Positions 12,193 through 21,778 of a DNA stretch of 64,000 bases are shown here, piece after piece. Within the stretch, counting starts at the first letter, position 1, and the number at the start of each line of letters is the position of its first letter. The position numbers and the translations under genes are program-made. Below the pieces are notes generated by a model. The model searched no databases, was not told where the DNA came from, and saw only the letters and a program-made list of their open reading frames with translations. Source of the stretch: Candidatus Spongiisociaceae bacterium (lineage in GTDB: Bacteria; Actinomycetota; Acidimicrobiia; Spongiisociales; Spongiisociaceae); assembly GCA_965262915.1 (NCBI GenBank), contig OZ253564.1:4192001-4256000 (forward strand), read 5' to 3'.

Positions 12193-12295
12193 CGAGATCG
12201 AGTTTACCGGATCGTAGCCATCTAGGGGAATGCTGGACGATGACGATCGCGGTTGGCGCGTTGCCCGCCCACCTGGTTGAGCGATGGGCCCGGAG

Positions 12296-13354
12296 TCAGC
12301 GCTCCGAATCGGGCTGGCGGTATTGCCGCTCGACCTGATCGAGATAACGCCGGAGTGACCGCGCCCGGGCCTCACCCACGCCGGACACCATGCTCAACTC
12401 CGCCATGGAGGACGCCAGGATCTTGTCAACGTCCCGGAAGTGTCCCACCAGGGCCTCGCAGGCCGATCGAGGCAGGCCCGGCGTATTGCTGACGAGCCGG
12501 TACCCCATCGGCCGGGCCTCGGTACCCGCACGCCCCAGCCCCAGCATCCGGCACAACCGATCGGTGTCGTACAGATCTTCCAGCGGCGTGGTCTCCAGCC
12601 CTCGGAACGTCTCGGCCACTTGGTCCCCGTTCTCGTGCAGGTAGTCGCGGCCAACCTGTTCCCGCATCTCCATCACCCCTACCACCAGATCGGCATGCTG
12701 GAGATCGACCATCCGCCGCTCCTTACCCAGGCCGACGGCCAGGCGCCCGACCCGCTCACCAATACGGCGTAACAGTTCGGTCCGCTGGAGCACCGTCATC
12801 GCGTCACCAAACGTCGCCTGGTCGTTGATCTCCAACCGGGTGAGATTCTCCTCCGCCTCCCTCAACCGGCGCCGGAAACGCTCGAGGGTCTGGAACTCCT
12901 GGTTGATACGCACGAGCAGTTCGGAAGGATTGCGGAGTCGGTGCTTCCGGTCCCCGTAGAACAGGATCCCCTGGCCGCGTTCCTCGCTGACTGCCACGAT
13001 CGGCCGATGGGTCATCCGGGCCATCCGCTCCGCGGTGCGGAAGCGGGCGCCCGTCTCGTCGGTGGTGATGGCGGGATCGGGAAGGAGATGCACGTTGGCG
13101 CCCACGATCCTGGTTCCGGAGTCGTCGAGGATGATGGCGCCGTCCATCTTGGCCAGTTCGGCGAGGCGGGCCGGGGTAAACCCGCTATCCTCAAGGCTGA
13201 ACCCACCGCTGCTGACGGACTCGATCTCGGGACCCGAGCCGATCACTACCAGCGCTCCGTTACCTTGGTGAACTATCCGCTCCAATGCGGCACGAAGCCC
13301 CGTGCCGGGGGCGACCCGCGACAAGACTTCGAGGAAATGGACCCGTTCAGTCAT
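12296..13354 (-). CDS. disA: DNA integrity scanning diadenylate cyclase DisA
   Basis: APGTGLR, ELAKMDGA, TGARFRTAER, C-terminal HhH VSGVGEARA. Confidence 0.92.
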   Translation of the reverse strand: MTERVHFLEVLSRVAPGTGLRAALERIVHQGNGALVVIGSGPEIESVSSGGFSLEDSGFTPARLAELAKMDGAIILDDSGTRIVGANVHLLPDPAITTDETGARFRTAERMARMTHRPIVAVSEERGQGILFYGDRKHRLRNPSELLVRINQEFQTLERFRRRLREAEENLTRLEINDQATFGDAMTVLQRTELLRRIGERVGRLAVGLGKERRMVDLQHADLVVGVMEMREQVGRDYLHENGDQVAETFRGLETTPLEDLYDTDRLCRMLGLGRAGTEARPMGYRLVSNTPGLPRSACEALVGHFRDVDKILASSMAELSMVSGVGEARARSLRRYLDQVERQYRQPDSER

Positions 13355-13609
13355 CGGTCCATCAGGCTAACGAGATTCGGGCGTAGGTGTCACTTCGAGA
13401 AGGGGTTGCAGTGAAGGCCCGCTCACCGGCGACTGCGGGCCCTCAACACTCGGTACAGCCCGACGCCCACGAGGATGAGCAACCCGATCCCCGCCAGCTC
13501 CGATGACATGGTCCACGGCTCGGCCGTTCGGATAGCTTCCAACTGCACCACCACAGATTGCCCAACTATCATCGCTGTGAGATTAGCGGCAATCAGGGAA
13601 GGCGCGGGC

Positions 13610-14509
13610 TTGAGCGATCGAAACCGAGGTGGATCGCGGGACGATCCATTGGACGACATCGACTTCGAGGAGTTCGAGCTCACGGAGCCCGAGAACTGGG
13701 ACGATGTAGAGGAGTACCGGCCATACGAGTCCCCGGGAGCGATTCTGACCTGCCCATCCTGCGGCGTCGGACAGAACGCCACGAACCGCCATTGCGAGCA
13801 GTGCGGAGCAAGGTTGGGCCAGCAGAGGATCGCGGTGGCGGCGCCACCCCTCCGCACCGTCAGCGCAGGTGGCCGGGCTCTGGGAATATTCCTGGCGGTG
13901 ATCGCCCTCGTAGTGGTCGCGGCGCTGGTCTATCCGGCTATCCGGGGCGACGACGAGACTGCCACGGTCTCGGAGCTGGAAGGAGGGACCACGACGACAA
14001 CACCTATAACGGCCACGACGCGGCCTCCGCTCGAGGAGATCACTCCCATCTCCATCAACTGTTCGAGCGAATACAACTCCAACCTCGGGTGCGATAACCT
14101 GATCGACGGCGAGGACACCTACTGGAACGACGAGAGCCTGCGGGGTGAGGATGCCCGTATAGCGGTCACCTTCGTGAACCCGGTAGCCCTCGAACAGGTC
14201 CAGATCATCAATGTCGCCAACGAGGAGAAGTTCCGCCGTAACTACCGGGTCAAGGCAGTGGAGATCTATGCGAACGATCTCCCCGGAGTACCGTTCGTGG
14301 GAGATTTACCCGATACGAACAACCGGCCACACGCAATAGAGACGGACACCAACCACACGTTGGAGCTCGAGATCCGGGTGACATCCACATGGTCCTCCGA
14401 GGCTCTCGCCGGGAACCAGGCATTCGATGAGCTGGCCATCGAGGAGATCAAGTTCTGGGGCCGCGTGCAGAGTTCCACGCCGCTGGAGAGCACCACCACC
14501 TCCGGGTGA
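13610..14509 (+). CDS. Membrane protein: zinc ribbon, one TM helix, Thr-rich linker, discoidin/F5-8-like extracellular domain
   Basis: CPSCG...HCEQCG, hydrophobic helix, NLIDGEDTYWND, LAIEEIKFWG; TTG start inferred. Confidence 0.75.
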   Translation: MSDRNRGGSRDDPLDDIDFEEFELTEPENWDDVEEYRPYESPGAILTCPSCGVGQNATNRHCEQCGARLGQQRIAVAAPPLRTVSAGGRALGIFLAVIALVVVAALVYPAIRGDDETATVSELEGGTTTTTPITATTRPPLEEITPISINCSSEYNSNLGCDNLIDGEDTYWNDESLRGEDARIAVTFVNPVALEQVQIINVANEEKFRRNYRVKAVEIYANDLPGVPFVGDLPDTNNRPHAIETDTNHTLELEIRVTSTWSSEALAGNQAFDELAIEEIKFWGRVQSSTPLESTTTSG

Positions 14510-15729
14510 TGCCCGCGTTCTTCGATCCCTCCGATCCCGACTTCATAGCCGATCCCTATCCGACCCTCAACGCCCTGCGCGAGGCAGGACCGTTGCACCG
14601 CGATGCCGAGTGGAACCTGTGGCTGGTGACCCGATTCAGAGATGTGCGAGCGGTCCAGCTCGACAGGCGCCTGGGAAGGGTGAAGCAGGGATACGCTCTC
14701 CCCACCGACCTTCGTCCGATCCGTGAACTGGGGCTGGAAGGATGGGAACCGTATTATCGGGTGGAGCGTCACTCCCTGCTGATGCTGGAACCGCCGGAAC
14801 ACACCCGGCTCCGGTCGCTGGTGAATCGGGCATTCACCCCCAGACGGGTGCGGGAGTTGAGGACACCCGTGACCTCAATCGCCGATTCCCTGCTGGACGG
14901 CCTTCGCGACCGATCGACCTTCGACCTCCTCGCCGATTACGCTCAGCCCTACTCGGTCCGGGTGATAGCCACGCTGCTCGGCGCCCCGGTCGACGACGCC
15001 GACCTCCTTGCAGACTGGTCGCACGCCATCGTGAAGATGTACGAACTCCACACGACGCCCGTCCAGGCGCAAGCCGCCATCGATGCCTCTCGACAGTTCG
15101 CCGACTGGACCACCGCTCTCATCGCCGCTCGCCGGGCCGATCCCCGGGACGATCTCATAACCGCGCTGTGCTTCGCAGAAACGGCCCAGGGGACGCTTAC
15201 CGACGCCGAGATCATCTCCACCGTAGTCCTCCTGCTCAATGCCGGACATGAAGCCACTGTGAACACGATGGGCAACGGGATCGTCGCCGCCATGCAAAAC
15301 GGCGGCGCCTGGCGGCAACTAGCCGATCGCGCCGTTCTGCCCGGGGTGGCCATCGAGGAGATGATGCGCTTCGACCCCCCGCTCCAGCTCTTCGAGCGGT
15401 ACGTGCTCCGGGAGGGGGTGGAGATAGCAGGCACCCCCATCCCGCCGGGCGACAAGGTGGCCATGTTGTTCGGATCGGCCAATCGCGACCCGCGGAGGTT
15501 CGAGGCGCCCGATGAGTTCCGTATCGGTCGGGGTGACCCGGACCACATAACCTTCGGCGCGGGGGTCCACTTCTGCCTGGGGGCGCCCCTCGCCCGCCTC
15601 GAACTCGAGATCGCCCTCGACCGACTGACGGCGGCCTTCCCCGACGCCATCCTCGCCGGCCGACCCAGGCGAGAGGACGGGTTCGTCATCCGCGGCTACC
15701 GGACGGTCGAACTCTCACCGTTCGGATAG
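14506..15729 (+). CDS. Cytochrome P450
   Basis: AGHEAT I-helix, EEMMR (ExxR), FGAGVHFCLG heme motif. Confidence 0.96.
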   Translation: MMPAFFDPSDPDFIADPYPTLNALREAGPLHRDAEWNLWLVTRFRDVRAVQLDRRLGRVKQGYALPTDLRPIRELGLEGWEPYYRVERHSLLMLEPPEHTRLRSLVNRAFTPRRVRELRTPVTSIADSLLDGLRDRSTFDLLADYAQPYSVRVIATLLGAPVDDADLLADWSHAIVKMYELHTTPVQAQAAIDASRQFADWTTALIAARRADPRDDLITALCFAETAQGTLTDAEIISTVVLLLNAGHEATVNTMGNGIVAAMQNGGAWRQLADRAVLPGVAIEEMMRFDPPLQLFERYVLREGVEIAGTPIPPGDKVAMLFGSANRDPRRFEAPDEFRIGRGDPDHITFGAGVHFCLGAPLARLELEIALDRLTAAFPDAILAGRPRREDGFVIRGYRTVELSPFG

Positions 15730-15736
15730 TTGCCCT

Positions 15737-16693
15737 ATGGCTTCGGCTGGGAAAGAACTTCCCATGGCTTCGGTAGCGGTGCTCGGTTCGTTCAACATGG
15801 ACCTCGTTGTCCAAGCCGACCACCTGCCCCGGCCCGGCCGGACGGTGCTCGGCCGGTCCTTCCACCGCGGCCCGGGAGGTAAGGGATCCAACCAGGCGAT
15901 TGCCGCACGCCGTCTGGGCGCGGACGTCAGCTTCATCGGCGCGGTAGGCGATGACGACTTCGGCCGCGCCGCACGCCGTCTTCTCGAGGCTGAAGGCGTG
16001 GACACCGCCGGCCTTGCCACCGTCGGCTCCCCGACCGGAGTAGCCCTGATCGTGGTGGACACCGACGGAGAGAACCAGATCGCCGTGGCGCCCGGCGCCA
16101 ACTCGCGGATAACCCCGGGGATGGTCGTGGGTTACAAGTCCGCCATAGCGAATGCCGACGTGCTGCTGGCCCAGCTCGAAACCCCGCTGGACGCCTTCCT
16201 GGCCGCGGCCAGGATCGCTCGGGCTCACGGGACGGTAGTGATACTCAACCCCGCACCTGCGATGCAACTACCCGAGCGGGTATGGGCGCTCACGGATGTC
16301 CTGACCCCGAACCAGCACGAAATATTGGAGCTGTTCGGGAGTCGAAAGGTCGAGCCGGCTATGTTCGAGCACCGGCGGTCGCGCCTCGAACTCATAGTCA
16401 CCCGCGGTCGGGAAGGCGCAGCGTGGATCGGTGCCACCGGAACGCGGACCTACCTTGCCTTCCCCGCCCAGGCCATCGACACTACCGGGGCCGGAGACGC
16501 CTTCAACGCCGGCTTGGCCGTCGGCATCGCAGAGGAAGGGATCGAGGCCGGGATCGTCCTGGGGCTGCGCGCCGGGGCGTTCGCAGTCACGCGTATCGGG
16601 GTTCTCGACGGCTTGGCAACCCGTGCCGAACTTGACTCGGTGTTCCCGACGCCTCATCCACTTTCCGGGAGTCCCGAGAGGAGCACATCATGA
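15737..16693 (+). CDS. rbsK: Ribokinase (PfkB family)
   Basis: GSFNMDL, GGKGSNQA, DTTGAGDAF. Confidence 0.9.
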   Translation: MASAGKELPMASVAVLGSFNMDLVVQADHLPRPGRTVLGRSFHRGPGGKGSNQAIAARRLGADVSFIGAVGDDDFGRAARRLLEAEGVDTAGLATVGSPTGVALIVVDTDGENQIAVAPGANSRITPGMVVGYKSAIANADVLLAQLETPLDAFLAAARIARAHGTVVILNPAPAMQLPERVWALTDVLTPNQHEILELFGSRKVEPAMFEHRRSRLELIVTRGREGAAWIGATGTRTYLAFPAQAIDTTGAGDAFNAGLAVGIAEEGIEAGIVLGLRAGAFAVTRIGVLDGLATRAELDSVFPTPHPLSGSPERSTS

Positions 16694-17622
16694 CCGTACG
16701 AATGGTGATCGACACTGATACCGCCTCGGACGACGCGGTCGCCCTGGCTATGGCGTTGCGGCATCCACGAGTGGAGGTGGTGGCCATCACGACGGTGGCC
16801 GGCAACTGCCCGGTCGACCAGTCGACCCGCAACGCCCTGTACACGGCGGAGTTGTGCGGCGCCGATGTCCCGGTGTACCAGGGTGCGGCAGGCCCGCTAC
16901 TGGTAGGCGCTCGCTTCGCTACCTGGTTCCACGGCAAGGACGGGCTGGGTGACCAGGGATACCCACCTCCGGAACGGGAGCCCGAGGCTGCCGATGCCAC
17001 GACGGCGCTCGTAGCCACTATCCGCGCCAACCCCGGATTGACCCTCGTGACCCTGGGCCCGTTGACCAACATCGTGATGGCTCTTCGGCAGGCCCCCGAC
17101 ATCGTCGACCTCGTGGGTAGGTGCGTGGTGATGGGGGGAACCGTGAATGCCGTCGGCAACGTGACCCCCGCCGCCGAGTTCAACCTCTGGTTCGATCCGC
17201 ACGCGGCCCGTGCCGTGTTCGCATCCGGCCTCCCCATCGAAATGGCGCCTTGGGAGCTCTGCCGGGGTGAGGCCGGCTTCGACCGGGAGGAGAAGGACGC
17301 CCTCAAAGCACTGGAGACTCCCCTCGCCCATTTCTTCGTGGACTGCAATGCCACCGCCGTCGAAGCCGCTCGGAGGCAGTCCGGAACCAACCGGATGGAA
17401 CTACCCGATCCCACCGCCATGGCGATCGCCCTGGACAGGGACTCCGTGGTCACCCATGCCACCCGGCACCATGTCGAGGTGGAAGCCGACAGCCCGCTGA
17501 CAAGGGGAATGTCGGTGGTCGACTCCCTGGATGTCACCGGCGAGCCCCCCAACACTGAAGTGGTGCGGGCCATAGACACGCGTCGCTTCAAGCAGATGGT
17601 GTTCGAGGCGGCCCGTAGCTAG
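16690..17622 (+). CDS. Nucleoside hydrolase (IUNH family)
   Basis: IDTDTASDD, TVAGN, HGKDGLG, LGPLTN, AEFN. Confidence 0.92.
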   Translation: MTVRMVIDTDTASDDAVALAMALRHPRVEVVAITTVAGNCPVDQSTRNALYTAELCGADVPVYQGAAGPLLVGARFATWFHGKDGLGDQGYPPPEREPEAADATTALVATIRANPGLTLVTLGPLTNIVMALRQAPDIVDLVGRCVVMGGTVNAVGNVTPAAEFNLWFDPHAARAVFASGLPIEMAPWELCRGEAGFDREEKDALKALETPLAHFFVDCNATAVEAARRQSGTNRMELPDPTAMAIALDRDSVVTHATRHHVEVEADSPLTRGMSVVDSLDVTGEPPNTEVVRAIDTRRFKQMVFEAARS

Positions 17623-17654
17623 CCCCAATTCTTCATGGGGTTGGTGGTGGGGGT

Positions 17655-17737
17655 GGGTGCCGGTTGCCGGTTATCTGTTTGCAGTACTTTGGAATCCAAT
17701 ACGGCACCTGGCACCTGGCACCTGGCACCTGGCACCC
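17655..17737. repeat. Heptamer repeat (GGCACCT)4+1 with inverted degenerate heptamers
   Basis: GGCACCT x4 at 17703-17730 plus GGCACCC; GGGTGCC GGTTGCC GGTTATC upstream; between convergent genes. Confidence 0.9.
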
Positions 17738-17740
17738 GAC

Positions 17741-19024
17741 CTAGCTCTCGCCCTTCCGGAACGGGAGGCCGTCGGCGGCGGGGGGACGGAGGCGGGAGGT
17801 GGCGAACAACAACACCACCAGCACCGCTATGTGGGGTGTGATAGCGGGGAGCTGGTTGGGAACACCGGTCGAGTTGGCGTACCAGAACCCGACGGCAACG
17901 GCGACGATCACCAGCTGCAGGGTGCCCAGGCGGCCACTCCGGCGGAGGAGGCGCCACAGGATGAGCAGGCCGACGGCGATGGCGACCAGCAGGAGGAGCG
18001 CGTGGGCGGCGTTCTCGTCCCGCAGCCGCAGGGTCTCGGTGAAGCCGAAGAGGATTGCACCGCGCGCGGTACCGATCGGGTTCCAGTTGCCGAAGATCAT
18101 GGTGGCCAGTCCGATGTAGCCCTTCCCCTGGGTCTGGCCCTCCTTGTAGAGACCCGATAGCTGGATGGCCAGGAAGCCACCGCCCAACCCGGCCAGGGCT
18201 CCGCTGATCATCACTCCGTAGTACTTGTACTTGTACACATTGACGCCCAGCGAGTCGGCGGCGTGGGGATGCTCGCCGCAACTCCGCAACCTCAGACCGA
18301 ACCGGGTCCGCCACAGCACGAAGATGGACAGCGGAATGATGAGATAGGCGATCAGCGTCAACCACGACATCTGGAACATGAAACCCCGCAGGATCCCGGC
18401 GAGATCCGATAGCCAGAACACCTCTCCCCGTTCGATGGCCCCCAGGAGGTCGGGACTCTTCCAGCCGAACATGGTTCCGCCCGCCAGGATCGGGAGGGCG
18501 AAATCGCTCACGCCGGTGATGGTGGGCGACTGGGTGATCGACCCGCCCCGGTCGGAGAAATGCAGGTCGGACAGGAAGCGGGTCAGCCCGGGCGCCATGA
18601 GGTTGATGGCCACCCCGGCAACGATGTGATCCACGTTGAAACCGACCGCCGCCACCGCCATCATCAGACCGCCCACACCGCCCGCGACGGCCGCCAGCAG
18701 CATCCCGAACCAGGGCCCGCCGATCATCGTCCCGAAAGCCCCGAACCAGGTCCCCAGGATCAGCATGCCCTCGAGACCGATGTTGACCACTCCGGATCGT
18801 TCGGAGAACAACCCGCCCAATCCGGCCATGAGGATCGGGACCGACCAAGCCAGGGCTATCGACCATGTTCCGCTCGAGGTCAGATCGTCGGTGGCCTGCT
18901 TGGCGAACAGTTGGGTAGCGGCGAGCAGGAGGACCGCACCCAGGCCGTAGACGAGCCAGCGGCGCCTCCCCTGCCGGAGGATTGTCCGGAGGCTGATCAT
19001 CGGTCGCTCGCGCACAATGCTCAC
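17741..19024 (-). CDS. Nucleoside ABC transporter permease
   Basis: SERSGVVNIGLEG, GLRLRSCGEHP, GKGYIGLA. Confidence 0.92.
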   Translation of the reverse strand: MSIVRERPMISLRTILRQGRRRWLVYGLGAVLLLAATQLFAKQATDDLTSSGTWSIALAWSVPILMAGLGGLFSERSGVVNIGLEGMLILGTWFGAFGTMIGGPWFGMLLAAVAGGVGGLMMAVAAVGFNVDHIVAGVAINLMAPGLTRFLSDLHFSDRGGSITQSPTITGVSDFALPILAGGTMFGWKSPDLLGAIERGEVFWLSDLAGILRGFMFQMSWLTLIAYLIIPLSIFVLWRTRFGLRLRSCGEHPHAADSLGVNVYKYKYYGVMISGALAGLGGGFLAIQLSGLYKEGQTQGKGYIGLATMIFGNWNPIGTARGAILFGFTETLRLRDENAAHALLLLVAIAVGLLILWRLLRRSGRLGTLQLVIVAVAVGFWYANSTGVPNQLPAITPHIAVLVVLLFATSRLRPPAADGLPFRKGES

Positions 19025-20151
19025 GTGTCGACCTCCTTGACCGCAAGCCCCGGTGCATCGCCGACCTGTGCCGCCGCAGCCGCAGCCGCCTCGATCCGCC
19101 TCCGCCGCTGGGCCAGCGCGTACGCGATCACCGCGAACAGAATGATGACGCCGACCATGATCGTGACGATCTCCCGGGGGGCGTCGCCCCTTACCTCCAG
19201 CACCCCGGAGGCCCGCTCCAGCCAGCCGAAGGCCACGGCCGCGATAGCCGCTCCCACCGCGTGGTTACGGCCGAGCAGGGCCACCGCGATGCCTGCGAAA
19301 CCCAGGCCCTGCGGGAACCGGAGGCTGTAGAAGTGCTGGTCACCCAACAGATCAGCCATCCCCACCAGGCCCGCCACCGCGCCGCTGAGCAGCATGGCCA
19401 GAACGATGGTCCGCTTGGGCGGCACCCCGCTCGCCTCCGCCGCCCACGGGTTGGCCCCGGTGGCCCGCAGGTCGTATCCGAGACGGGTCCGGTTGATGAT
19501 GAGGTGGTAGGCGATGCCGACCGCCGCCGCAACCAGGATGAAGCCGGTCAACTCCACACGCTTGATCTCCCGGGTGACCAGCTCGAGGATCGGGTTGAGG
19601 CTCGGGAACCAGCCGGTGGTGGCGATGTCACCAAGCCGGGTATCCAGGGACTCGGACTCGATGCTCCACCGGCCCAGGAGGAAGGAGACCGCGCCGGCCA
19701 CGGCGATGGCGTTGAGCATGATGGTGGAGATCACCTCGTGGACGTTGCGCGTCACCTTCATCCATCCGGCCAGTCCCGCCCAGGCGGCGCCCACGATCAT
19801 CGCAACGACCAGGATGATGGCGACATGGAGAGGAGGGAACAGCGAGCCGACACCGGCGCCCACATAGGCGGCAAGGAACGCGGCGAGGATGTACTGCCCT
19901 TCCACACCGATCTGGAACAGGTTCATCCTCATGGCGATGGCGAAGGCGATACCGGAGAGGTAGAGCGGCGTAGCCCGGTTGAAGGCCTCGACGAGGGTCT
20001 CGAGCCGGGTGCCGTACTCGAGGACGTTGCCGAAGGCGACGAACGGGTCGGCTCCGGAGACGAACAGGATCAGAGAGGCGACGGCGATGGCGAGTAGCAC
20101 TGCCGCCACCGGCGGACCCAACACCCTCCGGATGGCGCGCAACCGACTCAT
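19021..20151 (-). CDS. Nucleoside ABC transporter permease
   Basis: FQIGVEGQ, VHEVISTIMLN, GFAGIAVALLGRN. Confidence 0.92.
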   Translation of the reverse strand: MSRLRAIRRVLGPPVAAVLLAIAVASLILFVSGADPFVAFGNVLEYGTRLETLVEAFNRATPLYLSGIAFAIAMRMNLFQIGVEGQYILAAFLAAYVGAGVGSLFPPLHVAIILVVAMIVGAAWAGLAGWMKVTRNVHEVISTIMLNAIAVAGAVSFLLGRWSIESESLDTRLGDIATTGWFPSLNPILELVTREIKRVELTGFILVAAAVGIAYHLIINRTRLGYDLRATGANPWAAEASGVPPKRTIVLAMLLSGAVAGLVGMADLLGDQHFYSLRFPQGLGFAGIAVALLGRNHAVGAAIAAVAFGWLERASGVLEVRGDAPREIVTIMVGVIILFAVIAYALAQRRRRIEAAAAAAAQVGDAPGLAVKEVDT

Positions 20152-21719
20152 GCGGCGGCGCCGGTCATGTAGGCCCCCAGCTCGCGGGGACCGACCTCCG
20201 CCGGATCGAGCCGGGCCACGATCTCACCGCGCAGCATGACCAGCAGCGTGTCGCTGAGTCCGATCAGTTCCTCAAGGTCGGCCGAGACCAGCAGGACGCC
20301 CAGCCCCCCCGCCCTCGCCCGACGGAGTTCCTCCCAGATCGCCGCCTGTGATCCGACATCGATGCCCCTGGTGGGATGGGCGGCGATCAGGGGGTTGCAT
20401 CCGGTCGACATCTCCCGGCCTACGACCAGCTTCTGCTGGTTGCCCCCGGACAAGGCGTGGACAGGCGTGTGCACCCCGGGGGTACGCACGTCGAAGTGCC
20501 GGATCACATCCGAGGCATGGCCCTTGGAGGCGTCCTCATCGATCCACAGACCCGAACGCAGAAACGGCGGCTGCGTCTGGTGGCCCAGAAAGCTGTTCTC
20601 CCATACCGGGGCAGGGAGTAACAGGCCCCGTCGGTGGCGATCCTCGGGAATGTATCCGAGGCCAGCCTCGCGCCGCCGCCTCACCGACCAATCGGTGACG
20701 TCTTCACCATGAAGATGGATCGAGCCTTCCGTCACCAGGGCGATTCCCAGGATCGCTTCCACCAACTCGGCCTGACCGTTGCCCTCCACGCCAGCCACAC
20801 CGACGATCTCGCCACATTGGACGGAGAACCCGACGCTCCGCAGTCTCGTCACCCCTGCCTCATCCGCCGCCGAGATCCCCCTGACCTCGATTGCGGTCCG
20901 GTCGGTGACGGTTACCTCACGCGTCTCGGGCGTGGGTAGTTCGGATCCGACCATCAACTCGGCAAGATCCTGGGCGGTCACGTCCTCCGGCTTCACGGTG
21001 GCAACCGACCTACCCTGCCGAAGCACCGTGATCGTGTCAGCGATCGCCAGCACCTCGTCCAGCTTGTGATCGATGAAGATGATGGTATGTCCCTCCGCCT
21101 TCAGTTCCCTCATGTTGCGGAACAACTCCTCCACCTCTTGGGGAACCAGAACCGCGGTAGGTTCGTCCAGGATCAGGATGCGGGCCCCCCGGTAGAGCAC
21201 CTTGATGATCTCGATTCTCTGCCGTTCCCCGACCTCCAAGGTCCCGACCATGTCGTCGAGGTCGAGCTCCAGACCGTAAGCATCCCCCAGCCGACGGAGT
21301 CGAGCTCGAGCGGTGGCAAAGTCGACGAGCGACAGGGCTCGAAAGAGGAGCTGCAGAAGCCGAGCTCGAGCGCGGAGGGAATCGCCGAGCGATCCCTTGG
21401 CGGGCTCCGCACCGAGGATCACGTTCTCGAGGACCGTGAGGTTGTCGGCCAGCATAAAATGCTGGTGAACCATCCCAATCCCGACATCGATGGCGTCCTT
21501 GGGCGACGAGAACCGGCGCTTGTCCCCCAGTACCTCGATCCGACCCTCATCGGGCGGCTGCATGCCGTACAGGATCTTCATCAACGTCGACTTGCCGGCA
21601 CCGTTCTCACCGCATATCGCGTGGATCTCGCCGGCCTCGACGGTCAGGTCAATCGCGTCGTTAGCGACCACGCCTGGAAAACGCTTGGTGATACCGGTCA
21701 GCCGGACCGCGGCACTCAT
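20148..21719 (-). CDS. Nucleoside ABC transporter ATP-binding protein (two ABC domains)
   Basis: GENGAGKS, LDEPTAVL, LSGGNQQK, HPTRGIDVG. Confidence 0.94.
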   Translation of the reverse strand: MSAAVRLTGITKRFPGVVANDAIDLTVEAGEIHAICGENGAGKSTLMKILYGMQPPDEGRIEVLGDKRRFSSPKDAIDVGIGMVHQHFMLADNLTVLENVILGAEPAKGSLGDSLRARARLLQLLFRALSLVDFATARARLRRLGDAYGLELDLDDMVGTLEVGERQRIEIIKVLYRGARILILDEPTAVLVPQEVEELFRNMRELKAEGHTIIFIDHKLDEVLAIADTITVLRQGRSVATVKPEDVTAQDLAELMVGSELPTPETREVTVTDRTAIEVRGISAADEAGVTRLRSVGFSVQCGEIVGVAGVEGNGQAELVEAILGIALVTEGSIHLHGEDVTDWSVRRRREAGLGYIPEDRHRRGLLLPAPVWENSFLGHQTQPPFLRSGLWIDEDASKGHASDVIRHFDVRTPGVHTPVHALSGGNQQKLVVGREMSTGCNPLIAAHPTRGIDVGSQAAIWEELRRARAGGLGVLLVSADLEELIGLSDTLLVMLRGEIVARLDPAEVGPRELGAYMTGAAA

Positions 21720-21778
21720 GCGCTCATCCCATACTCAGCCCCAGCACATTCGTTCCGCCGAGTTCCTTCCGACTCCGC

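Noticed and set aside
11768-12217. Plus-strand ORF with FLAAG repeats as a pentapeptide or membrane protein
   Set aside because: It is the antisense reading of the PAAKK repeat in frame with CarD.
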